Assembly: GCA_041665365.1 (NCBI GenBank)
Contig: JBAYIY010000002.1
Location: 2,178 to 66,177, forward strand
Direction: 5' to 3'
Origin: Patescibacteria group bacterium
Lineage (GTDB): Bacteria; Patescibacteriota; Patescibacteriia; UBA9570
Length of the DNA stretch: 64,000 bases
Shown: positions 26,619 through 35,893 of the stretch, piece after piece
Layout: every line of letters begins with the position of its first letter
How positions within the stretch are numbered: the stretch's first letter is position 1
Translations under genes and position numbers: made by a program
Notes under the pieces: model-generated
What the model saw: only the letters and a program-made list of their open reading frames with translations
What the model was told of the DNA's origin: nothing
Databases searched by the model: none

Positions 26619-28079
26619 TTATTTTAGTAAACTACGATAGAGTTTAGCATAAGCTAATGCGGATTTTTTCCAACTGTAATCCCCTTTCATACCATGCAGT
26701 ACTAATTGTTGCCATATGTCTGGTTCACGTTGATACACTTTAATGGCTCGTTTTAGTGTAGTTAACATGGCCGCACTGGAATACTTTGTAAAGACGAACC
26801 CATTATAGCCCTCGTGCACAGTGTCTTTTAAACCACCAGTGGCACGTACTACTGGCACGGCACCGTAACGCATCGCAATTAATTGCGCTAAGCCGCATGG
26901 TTCATGGCGTGACGGCATTAAAAAAATATCACTGCCGGCATAAACATATTGGCTAAAAGTGGTATCAAATTTATTATGAAAATGCCATTGCTCAGGACGA
27001 AGTTTGGCTACGGCTCGCAACACAGTAGTATAGCGTTTAATACCGTTACCACAAATCACATATTGTACCGGCAAACGAGACAATTCTGTGAGGGAATGAG
27101 TTATAAGATTCATGCCTTTGGGTGTATCGAGGCGAGTAACAATGCCGATAACTGGAATCTTGTTATTTATCGGTAAACCACATTGGCGTTGTAAAAATAT
27201 TTTATTTCTTTCCCGTTGTTTGATAGTGCGCCAGGAAAAATTAACCTGCACAGCTGGATCTACTGTGGGGTCAAAAAACTTAGTATCAATTCCATTTAAC
27301 ACAGAATAAAGATCAGATTGACGTTGTTGTAATAATAATTCGAAATCATTGCCATATTCCGGTGTAATAATTTCTTTAGCATATTGTGGGCTGACCGTAG
27401 TAATATAATCAGCTGACTTAATTCCAAGCCAGGACATGCGCGGACCCTTCGGACGTAATGCCTCTGTGAAATCAAATAATCTATATAGGGAGGGGGTAAA
27501 TTGTTCCCAAATTGGTTTTAGTAATGAACCGGCATAACCAAGATTATGAATGGTATAAATGGTTTTGAGATGAGATAAATTAAGATCATTGTGTAACAAA
27601 GCTACCAAAGGAGCCATGTGATAATCGTGTGCATGTATAATATTAAAATCTTTTGGCCGTTGACAAATGAAGGCATATACCGCATAACTAAAAAAAACAT
27701 ACCGTAGTGCCTGCCCAACAGCATCCTTGCTCGATACTAAACCGGTAAGTGGATTTAATACCGAAAAACCATCATAGATTTTTCCCTGACTAAGAAAATC
27801 AGGTTGTTGAAATAACAAAAGACTCATGGTTTTATAGCGCGCTTTCCACACAACTACACTATAAGACTGCTGACCAACTTTAACTGTTAAAGTCGTGATA
27901 CGCTCAAGACTATGTAAAGCCGGTCGAGGAATTTCTTCGTAAAATGGTAAGGCAATTACTAAACGATCAACCTGCTTTTGTAGTTCCAATGGTAATCCCC
28001 CAATCACATCGCCTAAACCACCGGCTTTAGCCAATGGCGCCATTTCCGCCGCCGCAAATAAGACGCGGGTTGGTTTCAT
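26619..28079 (-). CDS. glgA: Glycogen/starch synthase (GT5)
   Basis: N-terminal FAAAEMAPLAKAGGLGDVIGGLP motif. Confidence 0.85.
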   Translation of the reverse strand: MKPTRVLFAAAEMAPLAKAGGLGDVIGGLPLELQKQVDRLVIALPFYEEIPRPALHSLERITTLTVKVGQQSYSVVVWKARYKTMSLLLFQQPDFLSQGKIYDGFSVLNPLTGLVSSKDAVGQALRYVFFSYAVYAFICQRPKDFNIIHAHDYHMAPLVALLHNDLNLSHLKTIYTIHNLGYAGSLLKPIWEQFTPSLYRLFDFTEALRPKGPRMSWLGIKSADYITTVSPQYAKEIITPEYGNDFELLLQQRQSDLYSVLNGIDTKFFDPTVDPAVQVNFSWRTIKQRERNKIFLQRQCGLPINNKIPVIGIVTRLDTPKGMNLITHSLTELSRLPVQYVICGNGIKRYTTVLRAVAKLRPEQWHFHNKFDTTFSQYVYAGSDIFLMPSRHEPCGLAQLIAMRYGAVPVVRATGGLKDTVHEGYNGFVFTKYSSAAMLTTLKRAIKVYQREPDIWQQLVLHGMKGDYSWKKSALAYAKLYRSLLK

Positions 28080-29194
28080 GACCGTTTTCTAAAATCTTTT
28101 AACGCTGCCTCATACACAACCTCATAATTTTTTGTCATGGTCGGCACGGAAAAGTTTTTTTCCACATGGTCACGACAAGCCTGACGGTTAATAGTTGGAA
28201 TCTTTTTAATCGCGCGCACCATTTCCGGCAGGGTACGCACAATGAAACCAGTTTTACCATCACGAATCAACTCTGGAGCCGCGCCATTTTTAAACGCAAT
28301 CACAGGTGTACCACAGGCCATAGCTTCGACTATGACTAAACCAAATGGTTCTTCCCATTTAATTGGTACCAGTAAAGCCTTAGCCTCACCATATAGTTTG
28401 ACAAGCTGGGTTTGGTTAATCTTGCCATAATGTTGCACATCCTGACTGTGTAATAATTTTGTCACAGTGGTTTTAAAATCATGTGGTACCGGTTGACGTG
28501 GATCAAACAGACCGGCTACTTTCATCGGATAATGGGCTAACTTGGCCGCTTGCAAAGCCACAGCAACGCCTTTTTCTGGAATAAACCGCCCACTATAAAA
28601 CAAGTAGTCTTTTGGTGACGGATTAAATTTGAATACCTGTGTGTCAATGCCATTATGAACCTTAGCAAAAAAAATATTTTTCGGTACGGCAGCTTGCTGA
28701 CGTTTTGAGATACTAACAAAATAATTGCCTGGTTGATTTTGAAAAAGTTGTAAAAAATAATTATTGAAGGCGGCGGCGGCACTGGCCGTGCGAAATAAAT
28801 TCTCATGCACAGTAATAATCTTTGGAACTCCCGGCATTAAGGCTAATAATGGTATTACTTCCTGCACAATATGAAAGTGCATGACATCTACTGGATGGGT
28901 TTGAATGTACTTGTAAATATCCTGCATCATCCGCTGTGAATACAGCACCGTGTGCTTACTACGAATAAATACATCAGCTACTTGTTTATTAACTGGCAAG
29001 TTAACAAAAGCTCTATAACCTAATGACTGTTTATGGGCTAGTGTGTGTGATTCTTTAGTACAAAAATAATCAACGTGGTGACCACGCGCCACTAACCCAC
29101 TAACCAAAGTGTCAGCTATAGCAATCGCCCCGTGAATAGTCCCTGCAGCTAATGGGGTGGGATATTCATTAGACGAATAAAAACCAATGCGCAT
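28076..29194 (-). CDS. GT4 family glycosyltransferase, tandem paralog 1
   Basis: EPFGLVIVEAMACGTPVIAFKNGAAPELIRDGKTGF GT4 C-terminal motif. Confidence 0.75.
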   Translation of the reverse strand: MRIGFYSSNEYPTPLAAGTIHGAIAIADTLVSGLVARGHHVDYFCTKESHTLAHKQSLGYRAFVNLPVNKQVADVFIRSKHTVLYSQRMMQDIYKYIQTHPVDVMHFHIVQEVIPLLALMPGVPKIITVHENLFRTASAAAAFNNYFLQLFQNQPGNYFVSISKRQQAAVPKNIFFAKVHNGIDTQVFKFNPSPKDYLFYSGRFIPEKGVAVALQAAKLAHYPMKVAGLFDPRQPVPHDFKTTVTKLLHSQDVQHYGKINQTQLVKLYGEAKALLVPIKWEEPFGLVIVEAMACGTPVIAFKNGAAPELIRDGKTGFIVRTLPEMVRAIKKIPTINRQACRDHVEKNFSVPTMTKNYEVVYEAALKDFRKRS

Positions 29195-29197
29195 AAA

Positions 29198-30289
29198 TTA
29201 TTTTTTTAGATTATTCTGTAAAACTGCTTCATAAACCGATTGATATTTCTGAATCATTGAATTGTACGAAAATTTATTAACCACATGTTCACGACACTCA
29301 CGGCGGCTGATAGTAGAAACTTTTTTAATGGCGCGCACCATTTCAGGAATGGTGCTAACAATGAAACCAGTTTTACCATCTTTGATAATTTCCGGTACTG
29401 AACCCCGCTTAAAAGCAATCACCGGCGTACCACACGACATCGCTTCGATCATGACTAGGCCAAAGGCTTCTTCCCACTGAATCGGAAACAATAGCGCTTG
29501 CGCTTGACCATAATATTTGGCCAATGAGGCATAATCAGCTTTCTTGGTGTACTTAACGTATGGTTGATGTAACAAAACGGTCACTGATTGTTTAAATTCT
29601 TTCGCCAATTCCACGCGCGGATCAAAAAAACCGATCACATGAATTGGTCGATGCGCTTGTTGCGCCGCTTGCAAAGCAATGTCTACTCCTTTTTCCGGTA
29701 TAAATCTGCCACTGAACAAGACCTGATTAGTTGGAAATGGATTAAATTTGAATAAATTAGTATCGGTGCCATTATAGACATTGTCATAAAAAGATAATTC
29801 CGGCATACCCATTTGTTGCCGTTTTGAGATACTAACAAAGTATGTGTTCGGTGAGTTTTTATACAAACTCAGAAAAAAATTATATTGCGTGATAAATAAA
29901 CTATCATGCACCGTCACAATTTTTGGAGTATCCGGTAAAAACTGCATGAAGGGTAAAGCATCGCGCACATTATGTAAGTGAATAACATCCACCGGATGAT
30001 CGCGCAGATAGAGCGCCATATCTCGAGCCATGCGTTGGGCGTAATAGGATTTTGTCTGATAGCGCGCCTTACCACTGGGCACTGACATCGGTAAATTTAT
30101 ATATGAGTTATATCCTAATGATCTTTTATTAGCCTTGGTGGTAGAATCTTCTGAACAAAAAAATTCCACAGTATGCCCCATTTCAGTTAGGCCATCAGCT
30201 AAAGCGCCAGCCACAGTTACAACTCCATGAATATATCCAGCCGGTACGGGATAAGGATATTCATTGGTGGCGTAAATCGCGATGCGCAT
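29198..30289 (-). CDS. GT4 family glycosyltransferase, tandem paralog 2
   Basis: EAFGLVMIEAMSCGTPVIAFKRGSVPEIIKDGKTGF; paralogous to the 28076..29194 gene along its whole length. Confidence 0.75.
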   Translation of the reverse strand: MRIAIYATNEYPYPVPAGYIHGVVTVAGALADGLTEMGHTVEFFCSEDSTTKANKRSLGYNSYINLPMSVPSGKARYQTKSYYAQRMARDMALYLRDHPVDVIHLHNVRDALPFMQFLPDTPKIVTVHDSLFITQYNFFLSLYKNSPNTYFVSISKRQQMGMPELSFYDNVYNGTDTNLFKFNPFPTNQVLFSGRFIPEKGVDIALQAAQQAHRPIHVIGFFDPRVELAKEFKQSVTVLLHQPYVKYTKKADYASLAKYYGQAQALLFPIQWEEAFGLVMIEAMSCGTPVIAFKRGSVPEIIKDGKTGFIVSTIPEMVRAIKKVSTISRRECREHVVNKFSYNSMIQKYQSVYEAVLQNNLKK

Positions 30290-30294
30290 ATAAT

Positions 30295-32061
30295 TTAAAT
30301 TGGTCTAGTTCTATAATTGCGTCTCCAATTATGTTCGTGTTTTCCCATACTTTCTGCTTCTAAGGCTGGCCGGTACATGATATCAATATACTCAGACAGC
30401 ATCCGTTCGGCAGAAAAATTACCCCAGATTAAACCGATGGTTAACTTCATCCGATTCACCCACTCCACCGGTATTTTGTCAGCATTTCTGTTGTAGTACA
30501 GCGGTACGATATCAGTTTCGAGCATTTTATAAAGCGCTAGAGCCGTTTGCGCCTCAGGTAATATCCAACCAATTCCCTCCAGATCAACTTCATCAACCCA
30601 GCCATCACTGACCGAGCATTGCAAGACACCATTCGCTCCCGCCTTCATACCACTGGTACCACTTGCCTCTTCACCACGGCGGGGCGTATTAATCCATAGA
30701 TCGACACCCGATACCAAAACACTGGCTAATGAAATTGTGTAGTTCTGTATAAAAACAATGTTAGCACTTAACTTCTGGTCTTTAATTATTTTTATTATAT
30801 TGTGAATGTGAGAATGACCAATGACGTCCCCCGGGTGAGCTTTACCGGCCATAATTAGCTGCACTGGTTTATCGGCATTATTAACAATGGCGCGCAATTT
30901 TTCGATATCAGAAAAAAGTAACTCCGGTTGTTTGTAATCAGCAAAGCGCCGCGCCCAGGTCATAATTAAAGCGTCCGGGTTTAAAACATGACCAGTTTGA
31001 AATTTAACTTCATCCACCAACCTCTTCTTAGCCATCAGATGTAATTGCCAAAGCTCGTGCGGTGGCAAAGCATTTATCGCCGTACTATCAAACTGTGGTG
31101 CCTGGGCTTTAAGATCAGGGTTAACCCAATGTGGCAGATTTACACCATTAGTAATGGCGATCATGTCTTTGTCTGGCCAAATCAATTTAGCTCGGACACT
31201 GTGCAGTTTACTAACAGCATTAATGCGGCTAGCCATGTTAAGAGCCAAAACCGTTAAACTAAATTGGGTTGGATCGGCTGCTAACTGACCTTTTTTTAAA
31301 ACATCATCCATGGCTAAACTGATATGTTTGGTATAGGCAGATAACTGCTCTGTTACAACTGTCGCTGGAAAACATTCATTACCCGCCGCCACTAAGGTAT
31401 GATTAGTAAACACAATTTTTTGTCGACCATACTCATAGGCTTGATCAAATGACATACCATACTCGTCCATATAGTGATGAGCAATTTCCAAAATAGCCAA
31501 AGCTGAATGACTTTCATTGAGATGATAAATCGAGGGATGAATATGCAACTCCATCAAAGCGCGCACACCACCAATGCCTAAAATAATTTCTTGTAAAAAC
31601 CGAACATCAGTGCGCGTATCATATAGGCGTTGCGTAATCAGACGATCAGTGGGAGAATTTTCCGGCACATCGGTATCTAATAAATACACCGACACATCTC
31701 CCTGACAGTATTCCCAAATTTGAATAGTGACCTCCCGATCTTGAATCGGCACACGCACCAAAATGCGCTCCCCTTCGGTATTAACCACCAATTCAATCGG
31801 CGCATCCGATGATTCTAAAATTGGATAATACTCTTTTTGTTCGCCAGCTAAAGTTATTGATTGCTTAAAATACCCCGCCTTATAGAGCAAACCAACCGCC
31901 ACAAACGGTAAATTCAAATCATTGGCCTGGCGCACAATATCACCAGCCAACACACCTAAACCCCCGGAATAAATCGGTAAACGATCATCCAAAGCAAACT
32001 CGGCACTCATGTAAGCTAACGGGTGTTGCGCTAAAGTAGTTCGAAAGGCACGTAAATCCAC
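30295..32061 (-). CDS. glgP: Alpha-glucan phosphorylase (GT35, short type)
   Basis: YMSAEFALDDRLPIYSGGLGVLAGD; PLP-site EASGTSGMKAGANGV. Confidence 0.85.
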   Translation of the reverse strand: MDLRAFRTTLAQHPLAYMSAEFALDDRLPIYSGGLGVLAGDIVRQANDLNLPFVAVGLLYKAGYFKQSITLAGEQKEYYPILESSDAPIELVVNTEGERILVRVPIQDREVTIQIWEYCQGDVSVYLLDTDVPENSPTDRLITQRLYDTRTDVRFLQEIILGIGGVRALMELHIHPSIYHLNESHSALAILEIAHHYMDEYGMSFDQAYEYGRQKIVFTNHTLVAAGNECFPATVVTEQLSAYTKHISLAMDDVLKKGQLAADPTQFSLTVLALNMASRINAVSKLHSVRAKLIWPDKDMIAITNGVNLPHWVNPDLKAQAPQFDSTAINALPPHELWQLHLMAKKRLVDEVKFQTGHVLNPDALIMTWARRFADYKQPELLFSDIEKLRAIVNNADKPVQLIMAGKAHPGDVIGHSHIHNIIKIIKDQKLSANIVFIQNYTISLASVLVSGVDLWINTPRRGEEASGTSGMKAGANGVLQCSVSDGWVDEVDLEGIGWILPEAQTALALYKMLETDIVPLYYNRNADKIPVEWVNRMKLTIGLIWGNFSAERMLSEYIDIMYRPALEAESMGKHEHNWRRNYRTRPI

Positions 32062-32115
32062 GGCTGAATTATAACAGAAAAAATGAATGTTTACAAGCCT
32101 TTATTAAATATATTT

Positions 32116-33267
32116 CTAAAATAAAGTCACTTTATCTCGAACCGCGCGATAAGCTAAAATATATAAAGCCGCCGACCAAACCTGCTGGGCGCGACCAAGC
32201 GGTTGACCAGTCATACCATCTAACCACTCATTACAATCGGTTTGTATAATTATTTCGGCCAACTTGTTTAATAGTGTTTCAGCTTTATTTTTTTGTTTGT
32301 CTTTTAATAAAGTCAACACCGACCAACCACCAATAAACGGCCAACTGCCACCATTGTGATAATGATTTGGCAAATTCAAATCCCGCTTACGAAAGTACTC
32401 ACGCCAATAAGTTTCCCCGGGTTGAATGGTTGGATAAATCGCTTTAGCCGGATACGGTAAAAAAATATCATGCTGCTCGGCATAGTTAAAGATAGCCTGG
32501 GTTTGCTTGGTATCAGTGAGATCAAATAAAACAGCTAACATATTACCTAAGGTATCAAACCAAGTACCGGCTTCATGAAACCCACGCCAAGCCAGCAAAT
32601 ACGGATACTTATGAACCAATTGAGCATTTTCCTGCTGAAATATCTGGGCGTATTCTAAACTAACTGGATTAACTAATTTACTCGTATCAACTGAGCTAAG
32701 TTCATACGTCCAAAAATATTTTTGCATGCTCTCCTGCACAAGGTTAGCCTGAGTTTGGTCACCAGCTATTTTTAAAGCATAATAATACAAAACATTGTCA
32801 TATAACACTTTACCGTGTGTGGGAAATAAATCTTGCCAATCTCCGGCCTCCTGTATGGATAACACACCAGATTGATCCACATCTTGATTCGACAACCACT
32901 GTAGAGCTTGTTCTGCTGCTGGATAGTATTCTTCTAAGTGCAATGCATGGACTACAATAACAAACCAGAGCGTTCCATCGATGGTGGCTTGGTAATCAGC
33001 CTGTTTGGCGGTGGCATCAACATTGTTTGGCAACATGCCCAATGACGTCTGAAAATGTTGGAGTGTTTTGATAGATGCTTTTGCGGTATTTAATAAATCT
33101 GTATCACCGGATACTTGGGCCGCTAAGGCAGCCATTAAACTATCCCGCGCCCAGATTTCACTATACCCATCAATTTTGCCAGAGGCTTTAAACCCAATTG
33201 GTGTACAACAGGCGCGCAATGTATTTAGAGCTATTTGGTAAGCTTGATCCATATCAGTAGCGTACAA
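32116..33267 (-). CDS. Six-hairpin glycoside hydrolase (GDE_C / GH63-like amylo-alpha-1,6-glucosidase family)
   Basis: GYSEIWARDS motif and an (alpha/alpha)6-type length/composition; sits in the glucan locus. Confidence 0.5.
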   Translation of the reverse strand: MYATDMDQAYQIALNTLRACCTPIGFKASGKIDGYSEIWARDSLMAALAAQVSGDTDLLNTAKASIKTLQHFQTSLGMLPNNVDATAKQADYQATIDGTLWFVIVVHALHLEEYYPAAEQALQWLSNQDVDQSGVLSIQEAGDWQDLFPTHGKVLYDNVLYYYALKIAGDQTQANLVQESMQKYFWTYELSSVDTSKLVNPVSLEYAQIFQQENAQLVHKYPYLLAWRGFHEAGTWFDTLGNMLAVLFDLTDTKQTQAIFNYAEQHDIFLPYPAKAIYPTIQPGETYWREYFRKRDLNLPNHYHNGGSWPFIGGWSVLTLLKDKQKNKAETLLNKLAEIIIQTDCNEWLDGMTGQPLGRAQQVWSAALYILAYRAVRDKVTLF

Positions 33268-33292
33268 TACCTAAGTTTGCTAGTCTATAGCT

Positions 33293-33973
33293 ATGTTATT
33301 TTTATTAGATTATGACCATACATTATTAGATGACGAAATTGAACATGCTGGAGTTCGTCAGTTGATTACCGCACTAACTAATAATCCAAAAAATATTGTC
33401 GTCATTATTAGTGGACGCGCCCATGATGTGCTTGATGAAAAATTTCACGGTTTACGTTGTGCTCTTTCGGCCGAACATGGGATTTGGCGAAAAGACCCTG
33501 ACCAACCTTGGAATTTAACACAGCAAATCAAGTTAGATTGGAAAGATCCGGTGCGCCAATGTTTTCAGGCTATCGTTGCTTGCACGAGTGATTCTCTCTT
33601 TGAGGAAAAACCGTATGGGTTTGTGTGGCATAATAAAAAAGTATCACCTGATATTAGACAAAATCGTATGCAGCAACTAGTTACTAGTTTAACTCCATAT
33701 TTAACACGTTATCATCTACGCATTATTATTGGACACAGTTTAATTGAACTTGTCCCAGACAGTGTTAATAAAGGTCGCGCCACGCTGTATTGGTTACAAC
33801 GCTACCCGGAAAAAGATATTTTGGCCGCCGGCGATGATACCACCGATGAAGACATGTTTAGTGTTTTACCAGACAATGCCATAACTATCAGAGTTGGCGC
33901 CGGTGCAACTAAAGCCAAACAAAGAGTACCTAACCCAACGGCTCTACACACTTTACTTAGACAGTTCGTTTAG
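33293..33973 (+). CDS. HAD-IIB sugar-phosphate phosphatase (trehalose-6-phosphate phosphatase-like)
   Basis: LLDYDHTL (DxD nucleophile motif), ISGRAHDVLDE, AAGDDTTDEDMF. Confidence 0.65.
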   Translation: MLFLLDYDHTLLDDEIEHAGVRQLITALTNNPKNIVVIISGRAHDVLDEKFHGLRCALSAEHGIWRKDPDQPWNLTQQIKLDWKDPVRQCFQAIVACTSDSLFEEKPYGFVWHNKKVSPDIRQNRMQQLVTSLTPYLTRYHLRIIIGHSLIELVPDSVNKGRATLYWLQRYPEKDILAAGDDTTDEDMFSVLPDNAITIRVGAGATKAKQRVPNPTALHTLLRQFV

Positions 33974-34766
33974 TCTTATCGTATTCAGTCATTTTCCGCC
34001 ACTGAGATTGCAAGTCAGTTTCTAATGGCGAACGTGGTTTTGGTAATAAATTATATTTCACACCCTCCCCGGCCGCGATTGCCGCGACAATATCCTTACT
34101 GACTCGCTGTTTAAAATCACCGGCGCTATACCGTGGCGTTAATCTGGAACCATAACAGATTGAAAAAAAACTCATGCCTAACGCATACCAATCCGCCCAC
34201 TCATCTAAAGTTTTACCCGCCACATGTTCGGGTGACATATACTGTGGTGTTCCCTCCACCGGTAACTGCGGAGTTGTTTCCGGTAAGCGCCGCGCATGAT
34301 CCCAATCGACTAACCACACTTTATTATCTTTATCCACCACAATGTTTTGTGGTTTCATATCACCATGCATGATGTTTTTATTGTGAGTCATTTTTAATAT
34401 CTCCACACATTGTTTAAACCACCTCTCCACCCACGGTAACAGCTTTATTTGCTCATCAACCGGACGATCCACGCGCACGTATTGTCCGAGTTGAAACTGT
34501 GTATCTATATACTTAACAAAATGCACCTGATTGTGATAAGCCACCGATTGTGGAATACCCGGAATACCGGATAAATCCTGTAAGATTTTTTGTTCCGATA
34601 ACAAAGCCTGATTAGCCTCTTTACTGGTAGCACACTTAGCCACTAATAATTCTTTAGTAGTTTTGTCTTCAACCAAATAAACCTCATGCCCGCGATGTGG
34701 TGAAGTTAATAAATTTTGTTTGATGATATAATTTTCTCCAAAGTCTTGACCAGTTGACAAATTCAT
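33957..34766 (-). CDS. Atypical protein kinase-like protein (RIO/Kdo-kinase-like catalytic core)
   Basis: Catalytic loop IMHGDMKPQNIVVD and WLVDWDHA (DFG-equivalent). The 3' end overlaps the phosphatase gene by 17 nt. Confidence 0.5.
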   Translation of the reverse strand: MNLSTGQDFGENYIIKQNLLTSPHRGHEVYLVEDKTTKELLVAKCATSKEANQALLSEQKILQDLSGIPGIPQSVAYHNQVHFVKYIDTQFQLGQYVRVDRPVDEQIKLLPWVERWFKQCVEILKMTHNKNIMHGDMKPQNIVVDKDNKVWLVDWDHARRLPETTPQLPVEGTPQYMSPEHVAGKTLDEWADWYALGMSFFSICYGSRLTPRYSAGDFKQRVSKDIVAAIAAGEGVKYNLLPKPRSPLETDLQSQWRKMTEYDKTKRTV

Positions 34767-34877
34767 AAAAATGTGATAAATTTACTCTCGTATCATGTTA
34801 CTAGCTTTCATTAAAGCAACAAAACATGAAATGAACAACTCTAATAACATTTAATATAATAAATAAACTATACATAT

Positions 34878-35621
34878 ATGGTTGCAAGAATGGAAATTTT
34901 TAAACCACAAAGACAGGAAGATCCTGAGTCTGCAACTACTCAACCAATTAATCGAGAAGAGGCGGCAATTCAGACGACTGAAAATAGACCACCAGTAGAT
35001 GAATCAGAACTACCAACAGTTAAATTAAGTGAGGCAGAAGAAGCCTCCACAGAATTAGATGTTAAGGATTATTTGGTAGAAGATGATGAGACTCCAACGG
35101 ATAGGGTGCCAATACCACAAGCAAACGAAGGCGAAGAAACTGAAGGTGAAGAAACTGACAAAAAAGTTGCTGCTATGTTTACAAGTGATGATTCTACACC
35201 GGCCGATGTTGATGTAAGTAAAGTTAGATCAATGTTTGAACCTGGTGTAATCACTCCAAACAACATGACCCAAGATGAAATAAGAGAACAATCCGACCAA
35301 TGGTATTTAGAAGAAAAAGCCATAGCGGATATGTTGGGTCTTGATGAAGAAGTTGAAGAAATAGATATGGAAGTCTTACAGACAGAGGCCGCTAAAGCTG
35401 TTGGTCCAGAAAAATCTGTCGGATTAATGGAACAAATTCGCAACATGGCTGATAAAAGATTAAAAGTTGCCAGTTTAGTACTAGCTATGGCTGGCGCTGC
35501 AACTGGAGTGGAAGCACTAAATAATGCCTTGGCCAAGTCTCAAGTAGAAGAAGTAACTAGTGGTGAGATCACACAATTTGTGTTAAAACATCCTGAGTTA
35601 TTGGGATATAATAAAAACTAA
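34878..35621 (+). CDS. Acidic hypothetical protein
   Basis: Glu/Asp-rich 247-aa ORF. Confidence 0.45.
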   Translation: MVARMEIFKPQRQEDPESATTQPINREEAAIQTTENRPPVDESELPTVKLSEAEEASTELDVKDYLVEDDETPTDRVPIPQANEGEETEGEETDKKVAAMFTSDDSTPADVDVSKVRSMFEPGVITPNNMTQDEIREQSDQWYLEEKAIADMLGLDEEVEEIDMEVLQTEAAKAVGPEKSVGLMEQIRNMADKRLKVASLVLAMAGAATGVEALNNALAKSQVEEVTSGEITQFVLKHPELLGYNKN

Positions 35622-35626
35622 CATTC

Positions 35627-35854
35627 ATGGAGCCCAAACCAGTATTTCGCCCACAACCATTGGCCGTTGATCCAATAGTTGAAGAACATGTTGGGGATTA
35701 TGATACTAAAAAAGCAAGAAAGTTGGCAGAACATCGTAAGGCATTTGAGGCTGCTAAAGCACTAACTCTAGCCTTACAAGAAGCAAAAAAAACATCATCT
35801 GATGTTTATCCACCACTGGATTCTGATGATGATATTTCGAAAAACGAGAAATAG
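35627..35854 (+). CDS. Small hypothetical protein
   Basis: 75-aa ORF located 5 nt after the previous gene. Confidence 0.4.
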   Translation: MEPKPVFRPQPLAVDPIVEEHVGDYDTKKARKLAEHRKAFEAAKALTLALQEAKKTSSDVYPPLDSDDDISKNEK

Positions 35855-35859
35855 TATCT

Positions 35860-35893
35860 AAACAAACACCCGGCTTGAGCCGGGTGTTTGTTT
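35860..35893. terminator. Bidirectional Rho-independent terminator between convergent genes
   Basis: AAACAAACACCCGGC-TTGA-GCCGGGTGTTTGTTT, a perfect 15-bp stem with U-rich arms. Confidence 0.7.
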
